Positions 25,058 to 38,200 of a stretch of 64,000 nucleotides of DNA are shown piece by piece. Origin of the DNA: Eledone cirrhosa (taxonomy: Eukaryota). The stretch is taken from positions 351,416,001 through 351,480,000 of the forward strand of contig OZ024741.1 in the NCBI GenBank assembly GCA_964016885.1. Direction: 5' to 3'. The position numbers were made by a program, and so were the translations under genes. The notes beneath the pieces were generated by a model. It was not told the DNA's origin. It made no database searches and saw only the letters and a list, made by a program, of their open reading frames with translations. Positions within the stretch are counted from its first letter, which is position 1. Each line of letters begins with the position of its first letter.

Positions 25058-25136
<79 letters not shown>

Positions 25137-25319
25137 ATAAGGAAATACAAAGTTTAGATGATAAAGTCCTTTATTGATAAGGTCGTGATACATATTTCGA
25201 GGACGACATTAGCTACGCAATACAGCATAGAACCCACTGCCATGTTCTCTCTCGCCGTTTGTCCGTTCCCTTGTCACTTCAATTTTGGATTACCTCCTTG
25301 ATTGTAACTTTATTATGTA

Positions 25320-25395
25320 AGACGTTGTCTGAAGAGAGCATGCCAATGTGGAAAATGCACGTTGAGTTCTCGAATTGAATTACATCAATGTTTTT
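25320..25395 (+). ncRNA. Decayed hammerhead motif
   Basis: acgttgt-CTGAAGA-gag...ctc-GAAT-tgaat-TA..caatgt, directly before (TA)n. Confidence 0.35.
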
Positions 25396-25458
<63 letters not shown>

Positions 25459-25599
25459 TTAATTGGTCGTTTTGGAAGCCTTAATAATGCAGATGGGTAC
25501 TCCGGGTAACAGAATCAAGTGGTAATGAGAGAGATGTAAGAGGAAATGTAGAATGAGACGTATAGGGTGTAGAGGAACGTGTAGGAAAGAGTGTAAAAA

Positions 25600-25783
25600 T
25601 AATTGTTTCTACTTTAGACACAAGGCTAGCAATTACCCAGTGCATTACTGGTACTTTATTTTATTGACCCCGTAAGGATGAAAGGCAAAGTTAACCTTGG
25701 CGGGATTTGAACTCAGACCGTAAAGGGACGTAACTATGCTAGAAAGCATGGCGTCCGACCCTCTACCGATACTGCCAATCCAC
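25600..25783 (-). mobile_element. SINE inserted in the left arm of a fold-back
   Basis: Matches the main family. The flanks 25570-25600 and 25784-25917 join to form the inverse of 25927-26091. Confidence 0.9.
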
Positions 25784-26159
25784 AACACGAGATAGAGTTC
25801 CTTGGAAGTGATTTAATTGTCCCTATATTTCGGATTTCGCATCCATCAACTGGGGCTTTTCCAAGGGGGAAAGTTTTTAGTCGGAGAGGAACAACACGTG
25901 GCCTCTGTTGTCTACCGTTGTACACACGGTAGACAACAGAGGCCACGTGTTGTTCCTCTCCGACTAAAAACTTTCCCCCTCAGAAAAGCCCCAGTTGATG
26001 GATGCGAAATCCGAAATATAGGGACAATTAAATCACTTCCAAGGAAACTCTATCTCGTGTTTTTATTTTTACACTCTTTCCTACGTTCCTCTGGAGTCTA
26101 GAATATCTAGAATTTGAGAAAATTAAAAAAAATAATAATTTATAAAAGATAAGTAAAAA

Positions 26160-27417
26160 TAATCGGCGCAAATAACGGATCTTGTGGGGCTATTTATTAA
26201 TAATACACTGCATAGAAAAATACCAGAGATGACCGGTGGTTTATATCGTGATGATATGCTGCTTTTAATTGAAAATCTTAGTAACTGTGAAATTAATAGG
26301 AAAAGAAAATCCATAATCCATAATCCTCAATAGCTACAACCTTAAGTTAGAAATAGAGAATAACTATAAAATTGTTAATTTTTTAGACGTAACATTAAAC
26401 CTTAACACAGGGTTCTACTATCCATTCCATAAAATTAATGAGAATCTAAACTATGTAAGTTTTAACTCTAATCATCCTAGATCTATCAAGAACACTATTG
26501 TCAATTCTATCCAACAACGTATTTTACGCGTCTCCGCTAATAAAAACATTTTTGACGATAAGGCAGGATATTATAATGAACCTTTAAATAGAGCAGGCTA
26601 TATAAATAAGATTAAATACACCGACAACAGTAATAAGGCAAATAACCCTACTATTAATTATAATTATAATAAAAAGTTTAACTTAAACTCTAAAACTAAC
26701 AGAAGAAATAGAACTAGAAATATTATTTGGTACTCACCCCCATTCTCATTAAGGGTTAAAACACCTTTAGCAAAACTATTCTTTAAAGCACTAGATAAAT
26801 GTTTTCCTAAAGCCCACAGATACCACTCAATCTTTAACAGACATACTATAAAACTATCCTACTCTACTACTATGAACATAGCACAAAATATAAATAGAAT
26901 TAATAATAGAAATTTAAACCCTAACCAAAATAACCAAAATAGCAGTAATATCTCTAGCAATATTCAACATAATAGTACCGTTCTGAATAACAACAACTCC
27001 GCAAAATGTAACTGTAGAATTAAATCAAACTGTCCTTTACAAAATAAGTGTTTAGATAAGGACGTGGTCTATAAATGTACAGTTAAAACCAGTGATAATA
27101 TATTTAACTATGTAGGTGCAACTTCTACAGAATTTAAAAGTCGCTGGAATAATCACAAATGCTCTTTCCGAAGATTTGATAAAAAATCTTCAACTTCTCT
27201 TTCAAACCTGATATGGAACTTAAAATGCAAGAATATGGACTATTCATTAACTTGGGAAATAGTTTCAAAAGTACCCGCGTACTGAAACACAGCTTTATCT
27301 AGATTCTGAAAATTGTGTGTTGAGGAAATTTTTTTCATACTTAAATGTAAGAACTCTATTAATCTAAGAACGAATTTATTTAATTCTTGTAGACATCGCC
27401 TGAATTCAACATTTTGA
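26160..27417 (+). pseudogene. Penelope-like element ORF: RT C-terminal part plus GIY-YIG endonuclease
   Basis: SAQITDLVGLFI, GLYRDD, NFLDVTLNL, SNHP, IIWYSPPFS, CNCRIKSNCPL, VVY..YVGAT..FKSRW.NH, ..LCVEE..NSCRH. One frameshift at ~26318; TGAs at 27283 and 27307. Confidence 0.9.
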
Positions 27418-28013
27418 ACTATATATAAATTATAATTATACTTATAATATTTCTACTTATTTCCATAACAATCTTATCCATTTGGTTTTAATATATTGAT
27501 ATCTCTAAATCATAATATCTATAACATTTGCTATAATTCCACTTCTTAAAGTTTCATAAAATATATACATATATAATTCTAATTTTTTTAAATTTTAATT
27601 TTAATTTTAATTGTAATTTTAATCTTAATAATTTTTAATTCTTTATTTCTTTAATTTTTATTTCTTTTAAAAATTACTTATCTCTTATAAATTATTTAAA
27701 ATAAAAACTTTCTCAAATTTTTAATATTTTTTTCAATATTTTTTATTAGATTTATAACCACTAACTGATTCTGGCTAAATATATCTTTCAACATTTATAC
27801 TTATTTTGACTAAATAGTCTCATACTAACGAATAAATAAATTAAACTGGAGTTTTTCCGTATCTTCCCATTTTAAAATATATAAATATAAATATTCTTAT
27901 TAACTCAGTTAATTTATTTTAATTTAACTTAATATTTACTTACATTAAATACAAAACCAATATCCCTCATAACGCATTAAAACAATTATCTATAACATGA
28001 TATACCCATCTAT

Positions 28014-28048
<35 letters not shown>

Positions 28049-28419
28049 TCTACTTATAACAGAAAATATATTATAAACGAATTTTAAACAACTAATAATC
28101 GTAAATACACGTACTATTAAGATATATACTTAGAATATATTTCCCCCAAATTAACGTTATATGAGTTTTATTCATCCTCTCTTGTTTATTTCTTCTCTCT
28201 CTCTCTCGTACTATTTTTTATCTTTCTCCCATTATATCTTCTCTTTCTCTTTCTCCAGTGTCGTTTAAATAAACGGTTGTTTTTCAATTATTTACATATT
28301 CATTCGCATATTCACACATAAGTTTGAATAATCCCTAATATATTTCCACTATCCAGTGAATTTCCAACCGATAAGGTATGATTTTCATGGGTATGTCTCT
28401 ATTTATAAAACAAACTTTG

Positions 28420-28484
28420 TATTTTATCTGATGAAAGCGTACCAATGTTGTCTTGGTACCCTTGAAATATATATAATAAAATAA
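28420..28484 (+). ncRNA. Type I hammerhead in the PLE 3' pseudo-LTR
   Basis: attttat-CTGATGA-aagcgtaccaa(loop)ttggtaccctt-GAAA-tatata-TA-ataaaat. The module ends at (TA)n at 28620. Confidence 0.85.
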
Positions 28485-28647
28485 ATATGGTTTTCTAAAT
28501 ATAGTTTCCATTTATTTAATATAATTAAATATTTACTCCAATAAGCTGTTGAGTGCTCTAAATCAGTTATAAACATTTATATTTGTCGGACTTCCAACAA
28601 ATTAAATAGCCCTTCTACTTATATATATATATATATATATATATATA

Positions 28648-29065
28648 ACTTCAAAATCTTAATAAATATAGACATTCATGTGATCAAATATATTTTATTA
28701 TATACATTTTAGAGGTACTGAGCTGTTTCATCAGTACGTCCTCATCAGATAAAATAAATTGATGTCTGACATACCTCAATTGTGCTGATGGTTCAATTCC
28801 AGTTTTGGCAAAACTGGAATTGAAGCATCAGCACAGTTGAGGTATGTCAGACATCAATTTATTTTATCTGATGAGGACGTACTGATGAAACAGCTCAGTA
28901 CCTCTAAAATGTATATAATAAAATATATTTGATCACATGAATGTCTATATTTATTAAGATTTTGAAGTAATACTAATAACTCCAGAAAACCTAACTGTTG
29001 AGTGCTTCTAATCTATTGTAAAACTATATTCATTGATTAATCAATGAACCTTGTTAAACTTTTGG

Positions 29066-29068
<3 letters not shown>
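28648..29068 (+). mobile_element. Fold-back pLTR-like module with two mirrored hammerheads (GAAA changed to TAAA)
   Basis: 28648-28805 is the reverse complement of 28812-28968. Hammerheads at 28691-28756 (-) and 28861-28925 (+). The 3' end matches the copy at 43070-43328. Confidence 0.8.
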
Positions 29069-29107
<39 letters not shown>

Positions 29108-29661
29108 TGTATATATATATATGTGCGTGCGTATGTACTTGTACATATGTGTATGTGTGTATGTATATTTTTTATATATGGGTGTATATATATATATGTG
29201 TGTATGTGGTTATATGTTTTTTCTCATGTGTATGAGTTTATGTTTATGTTATACCTTTATTTGTTTCCATGCTTGTTTTTACGGTTTTAGTTGTGTGTAT
29301 GCGGTGATTATAGGCCTTTATTTTCTGTCTGATATAGTATTTTGTATGTGTTTGTATATGTGTGTATGTGTGTGTGAATATATATATATATTTATTGATA
29401 TATGTATATGCACCTACATTTGTGTATATGTCCCTATACGTGTGGTTGAGTGTATGTGCGTGCGTATATGTGTGTGTATGTATGTGAGTATGTATATGTG
29501 TGTATATGTGTGTGTGTGGTTTTGGACTGCCCTTTCTAGCAGCTCGTCCCTCAGAGGCCACTGGTTCACTGCCCTTAAAGACGCTGTGACTTCTCTCTCT
29601 CTCAGGTGTAGCTGGACGGTCGCTTTAAATTCTCTTAGTGTTGTCTGAAATGTATAGCCTT

Positions 29662-29743
29662 ACACACGCTGATGAACCGGGGTTATTTCATTTCTGTCAA
29701 CAACTTACTGGCGAAACAGATCTCTTTGGATTTGTACGTGTGT
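29662..29743 (+). ncRNA. Type I hammerhead ribozyme (canonical, three full stems)
   Basis: acacacg-CTGATGA-accgg...ctggc-GAAA-cagatct(cttt)ggatttg-TA-cgtgtgt. Predicted cleavage after A29736. Confidence 0.9.
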
Positions 29744-29939
29744 TATATAGTTATAGAGGTATGTATTTACACTTTAATTAATATTTTTAACTATCGTGTG
29801 TCTACTCTGCTTTCATAGGTTATAGATTCCATACACTGGTGGTTTTTCCCTGTTTTATTGATAGCGCACTGTATCTCTCTCTAGTGTGTTACCTTTTCAA
29901 CATATTGTATTTTATATATATATGTATATATATATGTGC

Positions 29940-30003
<64 letters not shown>

Positions 30004-30404
30004 ATGTAAGTACTTATTTGTGTATATGTTTGTGCTGTACATATGTGTGTGTATATGTATGTATGTGTATGTGTGTGTATATATATATATATAGTTATGT
30101 AATAAACAACATGATGTGGAAGCAATTCCTCTCCAGTGCCGTGTGCAAAGATAGAAGGCAGAGGCGGAAAGGTCAATACACTACCACTAGAAATAGCAGC
30201 AGTCAAAACGACCAAATGTTATCTCGACCAGGGGAAAATTAATAATAATAAAGTATATATCCCTACACGCAAAATACATATAGGGACACATGTATTATCC
30301 AACCATATGCCAATGTGGTTCTATGGCAGGTTAATAAATTAACGAGCCAGAACATATATAATCAAGGTTTAGCAAATAAGAAAAAGTTTTAAAATGAATT
30401 AAAA

Positions 30405-30482
30405 AAAGTTTCGAGTCTCAAAAATAAATGGATAGTCCTTACGGGCCTCCATTGAAAAGAAAGACTCTCGTCAGAAGGTTCT
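30405..30482 (-). ncRNA. Partial hammerhead (core and stem II only)
   Basis: Reverse complement: CTGACGA-gagtct...agactc-GAAA. The stem III/I partner was not found. Confidence 0.45.
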
Positions 30483-30858
30483 TTTCACTCATGTGTGTGT
30501 GTGTATGTGTGTGTACACTAGTGCGCTCGTACACATACACACGCAGACATATATACCACCACTGACGTACGTGCGCGCTCATGCACATACACACACACAT
30601 ATACAGGCAAGAACCAAGCTACACTCCCTCATAAACATTCTCTCAATCCTATATAAAAGAATGGATAGACGGTCAAAGACTTCTAAAATTAGTAGTCTTG
30701 TACTTAATAACCCTGGCAACTCCCATCCTGTCAGTTTCTGTTAACTATATCTACTCTGCAATCTAACATCGAATATTACCTTGATTTCTGGTATTTTCCA
30801 ATTTTCGAACTGTAGAGTCTTTACACACACACACGCGCGCACACACACACGCACACGC

Positions 30859-30936
<78 letters not shown>

Positions 30937-31329
30937 ACACACACACCCACACCCACACCCACACACACACACGCAAACACACATACACGTACACGCTCAC
31001 GCGCACATACTTTCTCTCACTCACGCACACATACACATACATAAACACACACACTCTCACGCACACATACACATACATAAACACACACACTCTCACGCAC
31101 ACACACACACACACATACACATACACTCACGCACACACACATACACACACTCACTCACACACACATACACATGTTTATAATGATTAACCTTCGATATTCA
31201 GCTCTGTATCAAGAGGTCTGAATGTCTCATAATTCTATGCTATGTATAAATTACCATTTACTCATTTCTATATAAACCCTCGCCTTAATGTTGTAACTTG
31301 TTGTTGGTTTATTATTATTTATTTCTTGC

Positions 31330-31630
31330 TGGATTGGCAGTATCGATAGAGTTTTGCAGCATAGAGTTGCGGCCCTTTATCATCTGAGTTCAAATCCCGC
31401 TGAGGTTAACTTTGCCTTTCATCCTTACTGGGTTGATAAAATAAAGTATCAGTCACGCACTGGGGTCGATTTAATCCTCTCCCCCAAAATTGCTGGCCTT
31501 GTGCCTAAATAAGAAGCCATTATTATAAATCCCGCCGAGGTTGACTTTGCCTTTCATCCTTACGGGGTCGATAAAATAAAGTACCAGTAATGCACTGGGT
31601 AATTGCTGGCCTAAATAAAAAGCCATTATT
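31330..31630 (+). mobile_element. Two tandem SINE copies (one near complete, one 5'-truncated)
   Basis: The SINE core occurs twice, at 31330-31524 and 31527-31630. Confidence 0.9.
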
Positions 31631-31774
31631 ATTTATTTCTTTATTATATTTTTGTAAATAAATAGATAAATAGATAAATAAGCAAATAAGTGTTGATGTT
31701 CTCTCTCTTTCACCCACTGCCTCCGTCTCTTTTGCTCTCCCCATCTCTCACTATTATAAGCAGATGGGAGCCCA

Positions 31775-32065
31775 CGAACTGGCCACCCCGCGGTCCTGAC
31801 CGACAGAATAGAGAAGGCGTTTCCCCGGAGGATGGTGAGCGAGACGCGTTGGAAGAGTCCTTCCAGCTGGCGAGGCTCACACCTGCGGGTAGCCAACTCC
31901 GTACCGATGGTGGTGAGTAGGGAGGTGGTCCTAAAGCTAAGGACACCAGGGGTCTCCACTGCTACGGGCTCGACAGCAAACCGAGTTTAGCCTCCACGGC
32001 TCGAAGTGCAGCAGAGCCTAGATTAGTAGCAGACTGCACCAGGTTGCCTCTGGAGTAAGTGAAAT
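31775..32065 (-). mobile_element. CRE-clade non-LTR 3' fragment (restriction-like endonuclease end)
   Basis: PVAVETPGVL...LFQRVSLTILRGNAFSIL matches the CRE/Cnl1-type C-terminus. Confidence 0.75.
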
Positions 32066-32116
32066 GTTTATTCCATCCGATGCAATTAAAGTTAAAGAAA
32101 TCATCATCATCATCTG

Positions 32117-32164
<48 letters not shown>

Positions 32165-32165
<1 letters not shown>

Positions 32166-32266
32166 TTCATCTTTACGGGGTCGATAAAATAAAGTACCAG
32201 TAATGCACTGGGTAATTGCTGGCCTTGTGCCTAAAGTAGAAACAATTATTATTATTATTATTATTT
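32165..32266 (+). mobile_element. 5'-truncated SINE with (ATT)n on both sides
   Basis: 3' half of the SINE core. Its tail directly precedes Tx1 copy 4. Confidence 0.88.
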
Positions 32267-32620
32267 TGGTGAAGCCTTATCGCCTCCAGTATTTTTCAAC
32301 GTTTTACCTCGTTTTCAACCGTTCTAAACCTTTTATTCAAGTTTTAAATTTGATAAAAGTTTAGAAGAAGTGACCCACCTAATACAGGGGTTCACTCGTA
32401 AATAATACGGCACCCCTTTACGGGGTGTCGTATTCGTATTTGTGTAAAAATATTTTTTCTTTTTAAATTTCAACATGGATAACACAAGAAAGAGAGAGAG
32501 AGCGCTGTCAGACAACACAGAGAGAGGGAGACTTTATCAGCATGTCAACAAGACAGCGTTCCAGCGGAGGTAAATATAAACGAAAATATTACAAAGGAAA
32601 AGAAGATTGTTACAGATTTA

Positions 32621-33326
32621 GGCATACGTCAAGACGGGCGGTCTCAAAAGTGAAACTGATTTTACGATTGTGAATTTGTTTTTTTTTTTACAACAGGTCT
32701 CAATAGTGAAAGTATAATGCAGACACGCAATTGTATGGATTTCTTAATATATATATATGTGTGGGTGTGTATATATATGTGTGTGTGTATGTATATATAT
32801 ATATATGTGTGTTTGTATATATATATGTGTTTGTGTCATCATCATCATAGTTTAACGTCTATCTTCCACGCAAGCATGGGTTTAGACGTATATATATGTT
32901 TGTGTGTATATATGTGTTTGTGTGTATATATAAGTGTGTTTGTGTGTATATATATGTGTCTGTATATATGTATATGTGTATGTATATATATATATTTATG
33001 CACACATACACATTTGTATGAATTTGTACATGTATATATATATGCATGTACACAATTGTATGGTTTTTAAAAAAAATAATGACATTGTGTGTTGAAATAA
33101 ATAAATATTGAAAATCCTTATTACACCCTATAAATAGCTGAAATACACAAAACACAAAAAAAGAAAAAAGAAAAAAATTACGTACACGCAATACTAATTA
33201 ACACCATATCACTATAGAGACCTGTTGTAAAAAACAAACAAATTCACAATCCAAATTGAAAGTAATCACTTACGTAACTGTCAAAAATTAGTTTCACTTT
33301 TGAGACTGCCCGTCTTGACGTATGCC
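32621..33326. mobile_element. Merlin-type non-autonomous DNA transposon (MITE)
   Basis: TIRs GGCATACGTCAAGACGGG... and ...CCCGTCTTGACGTATGCC, with inverted homology extending ~80-110 bp. 8-bp TSD cagattta at 32613-32620 and 33327-33334. Confidence 0.8.
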
Positions 33327-35288
33327 CAGATTTAAAATTAACAAATATTTCTAACACAAACAACACCAACAATAACACCAACAACAACACCAACAACAAC
33401 ACCATCAATAACAACAGCAACAGCAAAAATACAAAAATAACAGCGGTAAAGTCGAGAACGACAATAACAAAAATAACAGCGGTAAAGTCGAGAACGACAA
33501 TAACAATGACAATAACAACAGCCACAACAACAATAGTAGTAGGAACAGTATCAACAAAAACAACAATAATAACAACAGCCACAATAACAGTAACAACAGA
33601 AACAGTATCAACGAAACCAACAACAACAACACCAACAACTGTACCAACGAAAACAAGAACAATGACATCGATACCTGTAATAGCGATCTCAGCACCACCA
33701 GTAAGACCAGTAGCGGCAGCAATAGTGGTGCTGCTGAAAAGGGGACCACTTCTTTTGCAGGTGTCGCCCGAAATATCGAGACAGTGTTAGTCACAGAGGA
33801 GGAGATGGCAGTCGCAAGGGCCATGGTGACAAGAAGCGCGAATAGAGTCTCCCTGAAACCTCCACCCGATTTTTTCAAGGACCAGCAGCTACAGACGGTG
33901 ACTTACCGCACCGTAAGCAAAATCTCACATCGGGTGGAGAGAGCCACGGAGGCTTAAATCCCAAAGTCCTTGGGGTGCGTCTGGGCACGCAAAACCCACA
34001 TCACCCGAGGCAGAAAGTACGCCACAGTAGACGTACTTTTCGCCCCCCCCCCCCTCCAGGAAGCAAAGTCTCACTCTTTGGAAACCCTAAAGAGTGAGGA
34101 GATAGTCTTGGTACCCTCCTACTGCGGGAAGAAAATTGTGAGGGTCAAAGTGACCCAGGTCCCACCCGACGTGCCCATACCTTGGCTGGCCGCTTCTGTC
34201 CTTGCTGGAATCGAGAACAGGGCGACCATGCTGCAAGTAGAAAAAATAGGGAGAGAGAACTGCTGAGGTATAGGCATGCAAATGCTTATACAAACTGACC
34301 AGGAATGTATCGACGCTATCCCCGATATCATAGACATCGAGGAAGGACTCCAACTCCCTATAAGTGTAGAAGGAAGACGGCCAAAATGTTATCTCTGTGG
34401 GTCGAAAGGTCACCTCAGGGCCTTTTGCCCGCAGAAGACACCGAAGAGGGCCCCTCTCCTTCCAATACCTGATCCGCTGCTACCAAGAGCAGGGCAGGCA
34501 ACAAACGAAGAAGCCCCTTCCACGGTGAGTAGGAGGGCAACGTCCGTAGCACCCGTACCAAGGCCACGGACAACTAAAGCAGCATCATCAGTAGCGGCAA
34601 CACCAATAGCTACATTTGAAGTAGCTACACCAGCAACAAAATTGCCGAAGAGGGCTCCACTACCACCACCAACAGCCGTGGAGCACATACCCCTCCCAGG
34701 CGCCACAGAATCCGACATGGAGTTTGAGGCGGGAGTGAAGTGGCAAACGGTCTGCCACAAAAAAACAAAAAAGAAAAAACCCTTAGATTCACCCTCCAAA
34801 AGCGAAGGCATACAAAGAGGGGTAAAGGCAGCAAGGAAACTTGCAGCAACACCTCCACCATCACCACCACAAACACCAACAACGCAAACACAACAAGACA
34901 CACACACCAAACAGCAACAAGAAGAAAACAGCAACAAAATCACCCCTTCCCCCAAAAAGTACACAGCCATAAACATGGCAAAAAAAGAACTCATACAATA
35001 TATAAAGCAGCACACAACAATCACAGAAAAAAACTACTACACCCCACCAACACCAAGAACTCTCCCGACAAACATAAGCATCATCGAAATCTCAATAGAA
35101 CAGTACAAACCTTTAAAACAAAAATTCCCCAACGCAGTTGGAGACTTCAGAGGGTCGGTTATCAAGAGGATATACACTGACATCCTCTTGGAAACACCCA
35201 TGACCAGCGAAAGGGACGGTTCTACTGTCCCTTCACCACACGAACAAGTTAAGTGACCCTTTCTCACTTGCCCCGTTTTTCATCCAAC

Positions 35289-38200
35289 ATGGCTCTACTC
35301 AGAATAGGCAGTATAAATGCACGTGGCCTGGGGTCATCTTGGAAACAGGGTCACCTGCTCAATGACCTCAGGTCACTAAACATAGATGTGGTGGCCATCA
35401 GTGAAACCAGATTCTCCGAAGCACAAGCCTTCGCACCGATCTTCGGCGGCTACGATGTATACGCATCTCCCAGGATCGGGGGGAGGGGTTGCCGTCCTTT
35501 TTCGGAGAGGCTTGGATCTCGCCATACGGGCCATCTTCCTAGACCCAGAAGGTAGGTCGGTGGTGCTGGACGTGACCGGCACCGAAGGCAATGCTTTCAG
35601 GCTAGTAGCCGTCTACGCCCCAACAGGGGCAGGACGGCCAGATTTATTCAGACGTCTAGAGACCTTTCTTGGAACGTCCCGCTCTTTAGTGTTAGTGGGC
35701 GACTGGAACGGTATCTTGGATGTACGCTGGGATCGTGTGGGGCTAGTGGATAGGGGAGGAGGGTGCAAGAGCCTCACCAACCTGCTCAGACGTTTTGAAC
35801 TGTCTGACAGGTATTGACTGGATCACCCGAATGTGCCAATGTGGACATGGACAAACTTCATCGGGTCATCCAGATCGTATCTCGATAGAGTATACTGCAG
35901 AGAACTAGATAAGGCTAGTATAAGTTGTCCACAATTTAAAATAGTCGACTACACAGACCACAAATTTGTGATCTGTGAGATCGATATAGACAGACTTCAT
36001 AGACAAGGGCCTGGTTACTGGAAGCTGAACGCGTCTTTCCCGGCGCGCAAAGCCTACAGAGACCGGATTAGCGTATTAGTTAAGCGGGCGTTGACGGGAA
36101 CTGTCGTCAACAACAGGTGGTGGTTCGACCTGAAAAGGGCAATTAAAGTAGAGTCGATTAGGTTTAGCAAAGGAGTAGTGATAGAGGAAAATAGAGTAGA
36201 GGGAGAGCTAGTCAGAAAGCTAAAAGAGGCGTTTAGGACAGGCATCGCAACCGACGTTCTTGCGGCGAGATTGGCACTCGACCAATTCTTCAACGCAAAA
36301 CATGAAGGCTGCGTTGTTAGAGCTAGAGCGCGTGCTCTGAAACACGAGGGGACAAAAGCCGTCCAATGGGCCCCGGTGGCAGAGGCGCGACGTGGCAACA
36401 AAGCCACAATTCGGTCTTTGTCTGACCAAGATGGGTGCGTGATGCTCGAACCCGAGCGGATGTGTGAAGCTTTTCAGCAGCACTTTGCTGAACTGTTCGG
36501 GAGCGGCGACGGCCCGGATCGCGGCATGGACTTCAGTGCATACCTCGACGGACTGCCTCGGCTCTCGATGACCGCAGCACAGTATTGCGAAAAGCCAATA
36601 ACAGCCGGTGAAATACGGGAAGCGATGGCTAACTGCACAAGGGGTAAATCGCCAGGTTTAGATGGTCTGCTCTACGAGCTTTATGAATTTATGCCAGACT
36701 TGTTCGGTGACCTCTTGGCAGACGTCTATTGCAACTGGCAGCAGAACGGGAGCATTCCCAGTTTTGTGAGCCGGGGAGCAGTGGCGCTGCTGAGAAAAGA
36801 CCCGAACAAAGGGGATGTTATCGATAATTTCAGGCCCATAACCCTGCTAAACGCCGAGTTCAAGACTTTGGCCAAGGTGTTAGCAACGAGGTTGGCGCTT
36901 GTCGTCAAGGGTCTGGTGGGAGAGGCGCAGACATGCGCCATTCCGGACAGATCCATACACGACAACCTCCACCTCATGCGATACATCATAGAGAGGGTGG
37001 TTAAGGAACCTGGCACGGGTGGGGCCCTGATCAACTTGGATCAATCCAAAGCATTCGATATGGTCGACCATCGGTACCTGGCGGCGGTCCTCGAGGCAGC
37101 CGGTTTCGAGCCCGTTTTCAGGGGTTGGATCGCAGCAATGTACAGCGACATCTGCTCAGTTGTGAGGGTGAACGGTCACCTGTCGCAGCCGTTCAGCATC
37201 ATGCGCTCAGTCCGCCAGGGTTGTCCCCTCTCGTCCCTCTTGTACGTATTGGCTCTCGAGCCATTACTACACAAACTGGGGGCGATGAGGGGCGTCCCAC
37301 GCGAACTAGGATGCGGGAAATCAGAGTCGGCTTACGCTGACGACGTCACCGTGGTGGTGTCGAGCACCAGATACGTTCAGATGCTCGGCACTGCTCTCAA
37401 GGAATACGAAGCGGTGACAGGAGCAAAGATAAACCAGGAAAAGTCGGTGGGCTTGCAGCTCGGCACCTGGAAAGGCAAGTCCATGCCGTCCGACAGCGTC
37501 GTGAGGCGTTGGACGGACGGACCGGTTAAATTGCTCGAGGTCTGGTTCGCACCGGACCTCCAGATGGAGATAAACTGGAACAAGGTGACGAGCAGGGTGG
37601 CCTCCCTCACACAGAAATGGCCTGAGAGGAAGCTGTCCCTGAAAGGCCGGGCGGAGGTTGCGAATGCGTACATCGCATCCGTCATCTGCTACCGCCTCAC
37701 CGTCGTCCTTTGCTCCAGCCCAACTCTCACCAAAATGGAGCGCCTCCTCTTCCGCTTTTTGTGGAAGAGACTCACACCCATGGTCAGACGATCCATCTGC
37801 TGTCAACACCCGTTGCGTGGAGGAGTGGGCATGCCATGGCTGATGATGCGCAAACATGCGCTGAGGCTGCGACATCTCTGGTGCTTCCTTGACGGTGAAC
37901 GGGTGTGGTCGCCGTTCGCCAGGCACGTTTTCCCACAGCTCGTCTCCTTGACGGAGCTGCAGTCCTGGGTCAGAAAAAGACCGAGGAATAGCGCTTGGAA
38001 ACTGGAATATCTCCAGGCGCTCACTGCCCTCTCCCAGCTGGGCACCAGTATCGGTGGAACATCCACCTCGGCGTTCTATAGAGGACTAGTGGAGGGGAAG
38101 AGCGACGTCATTCTCGGAGAGATCCTGGGCGTCGAAGAAGATCAGCTGTTTGCTCTCTTACGGAGAACTTTCAGCCCAGGGCCTATGGATAACTTCCAAA

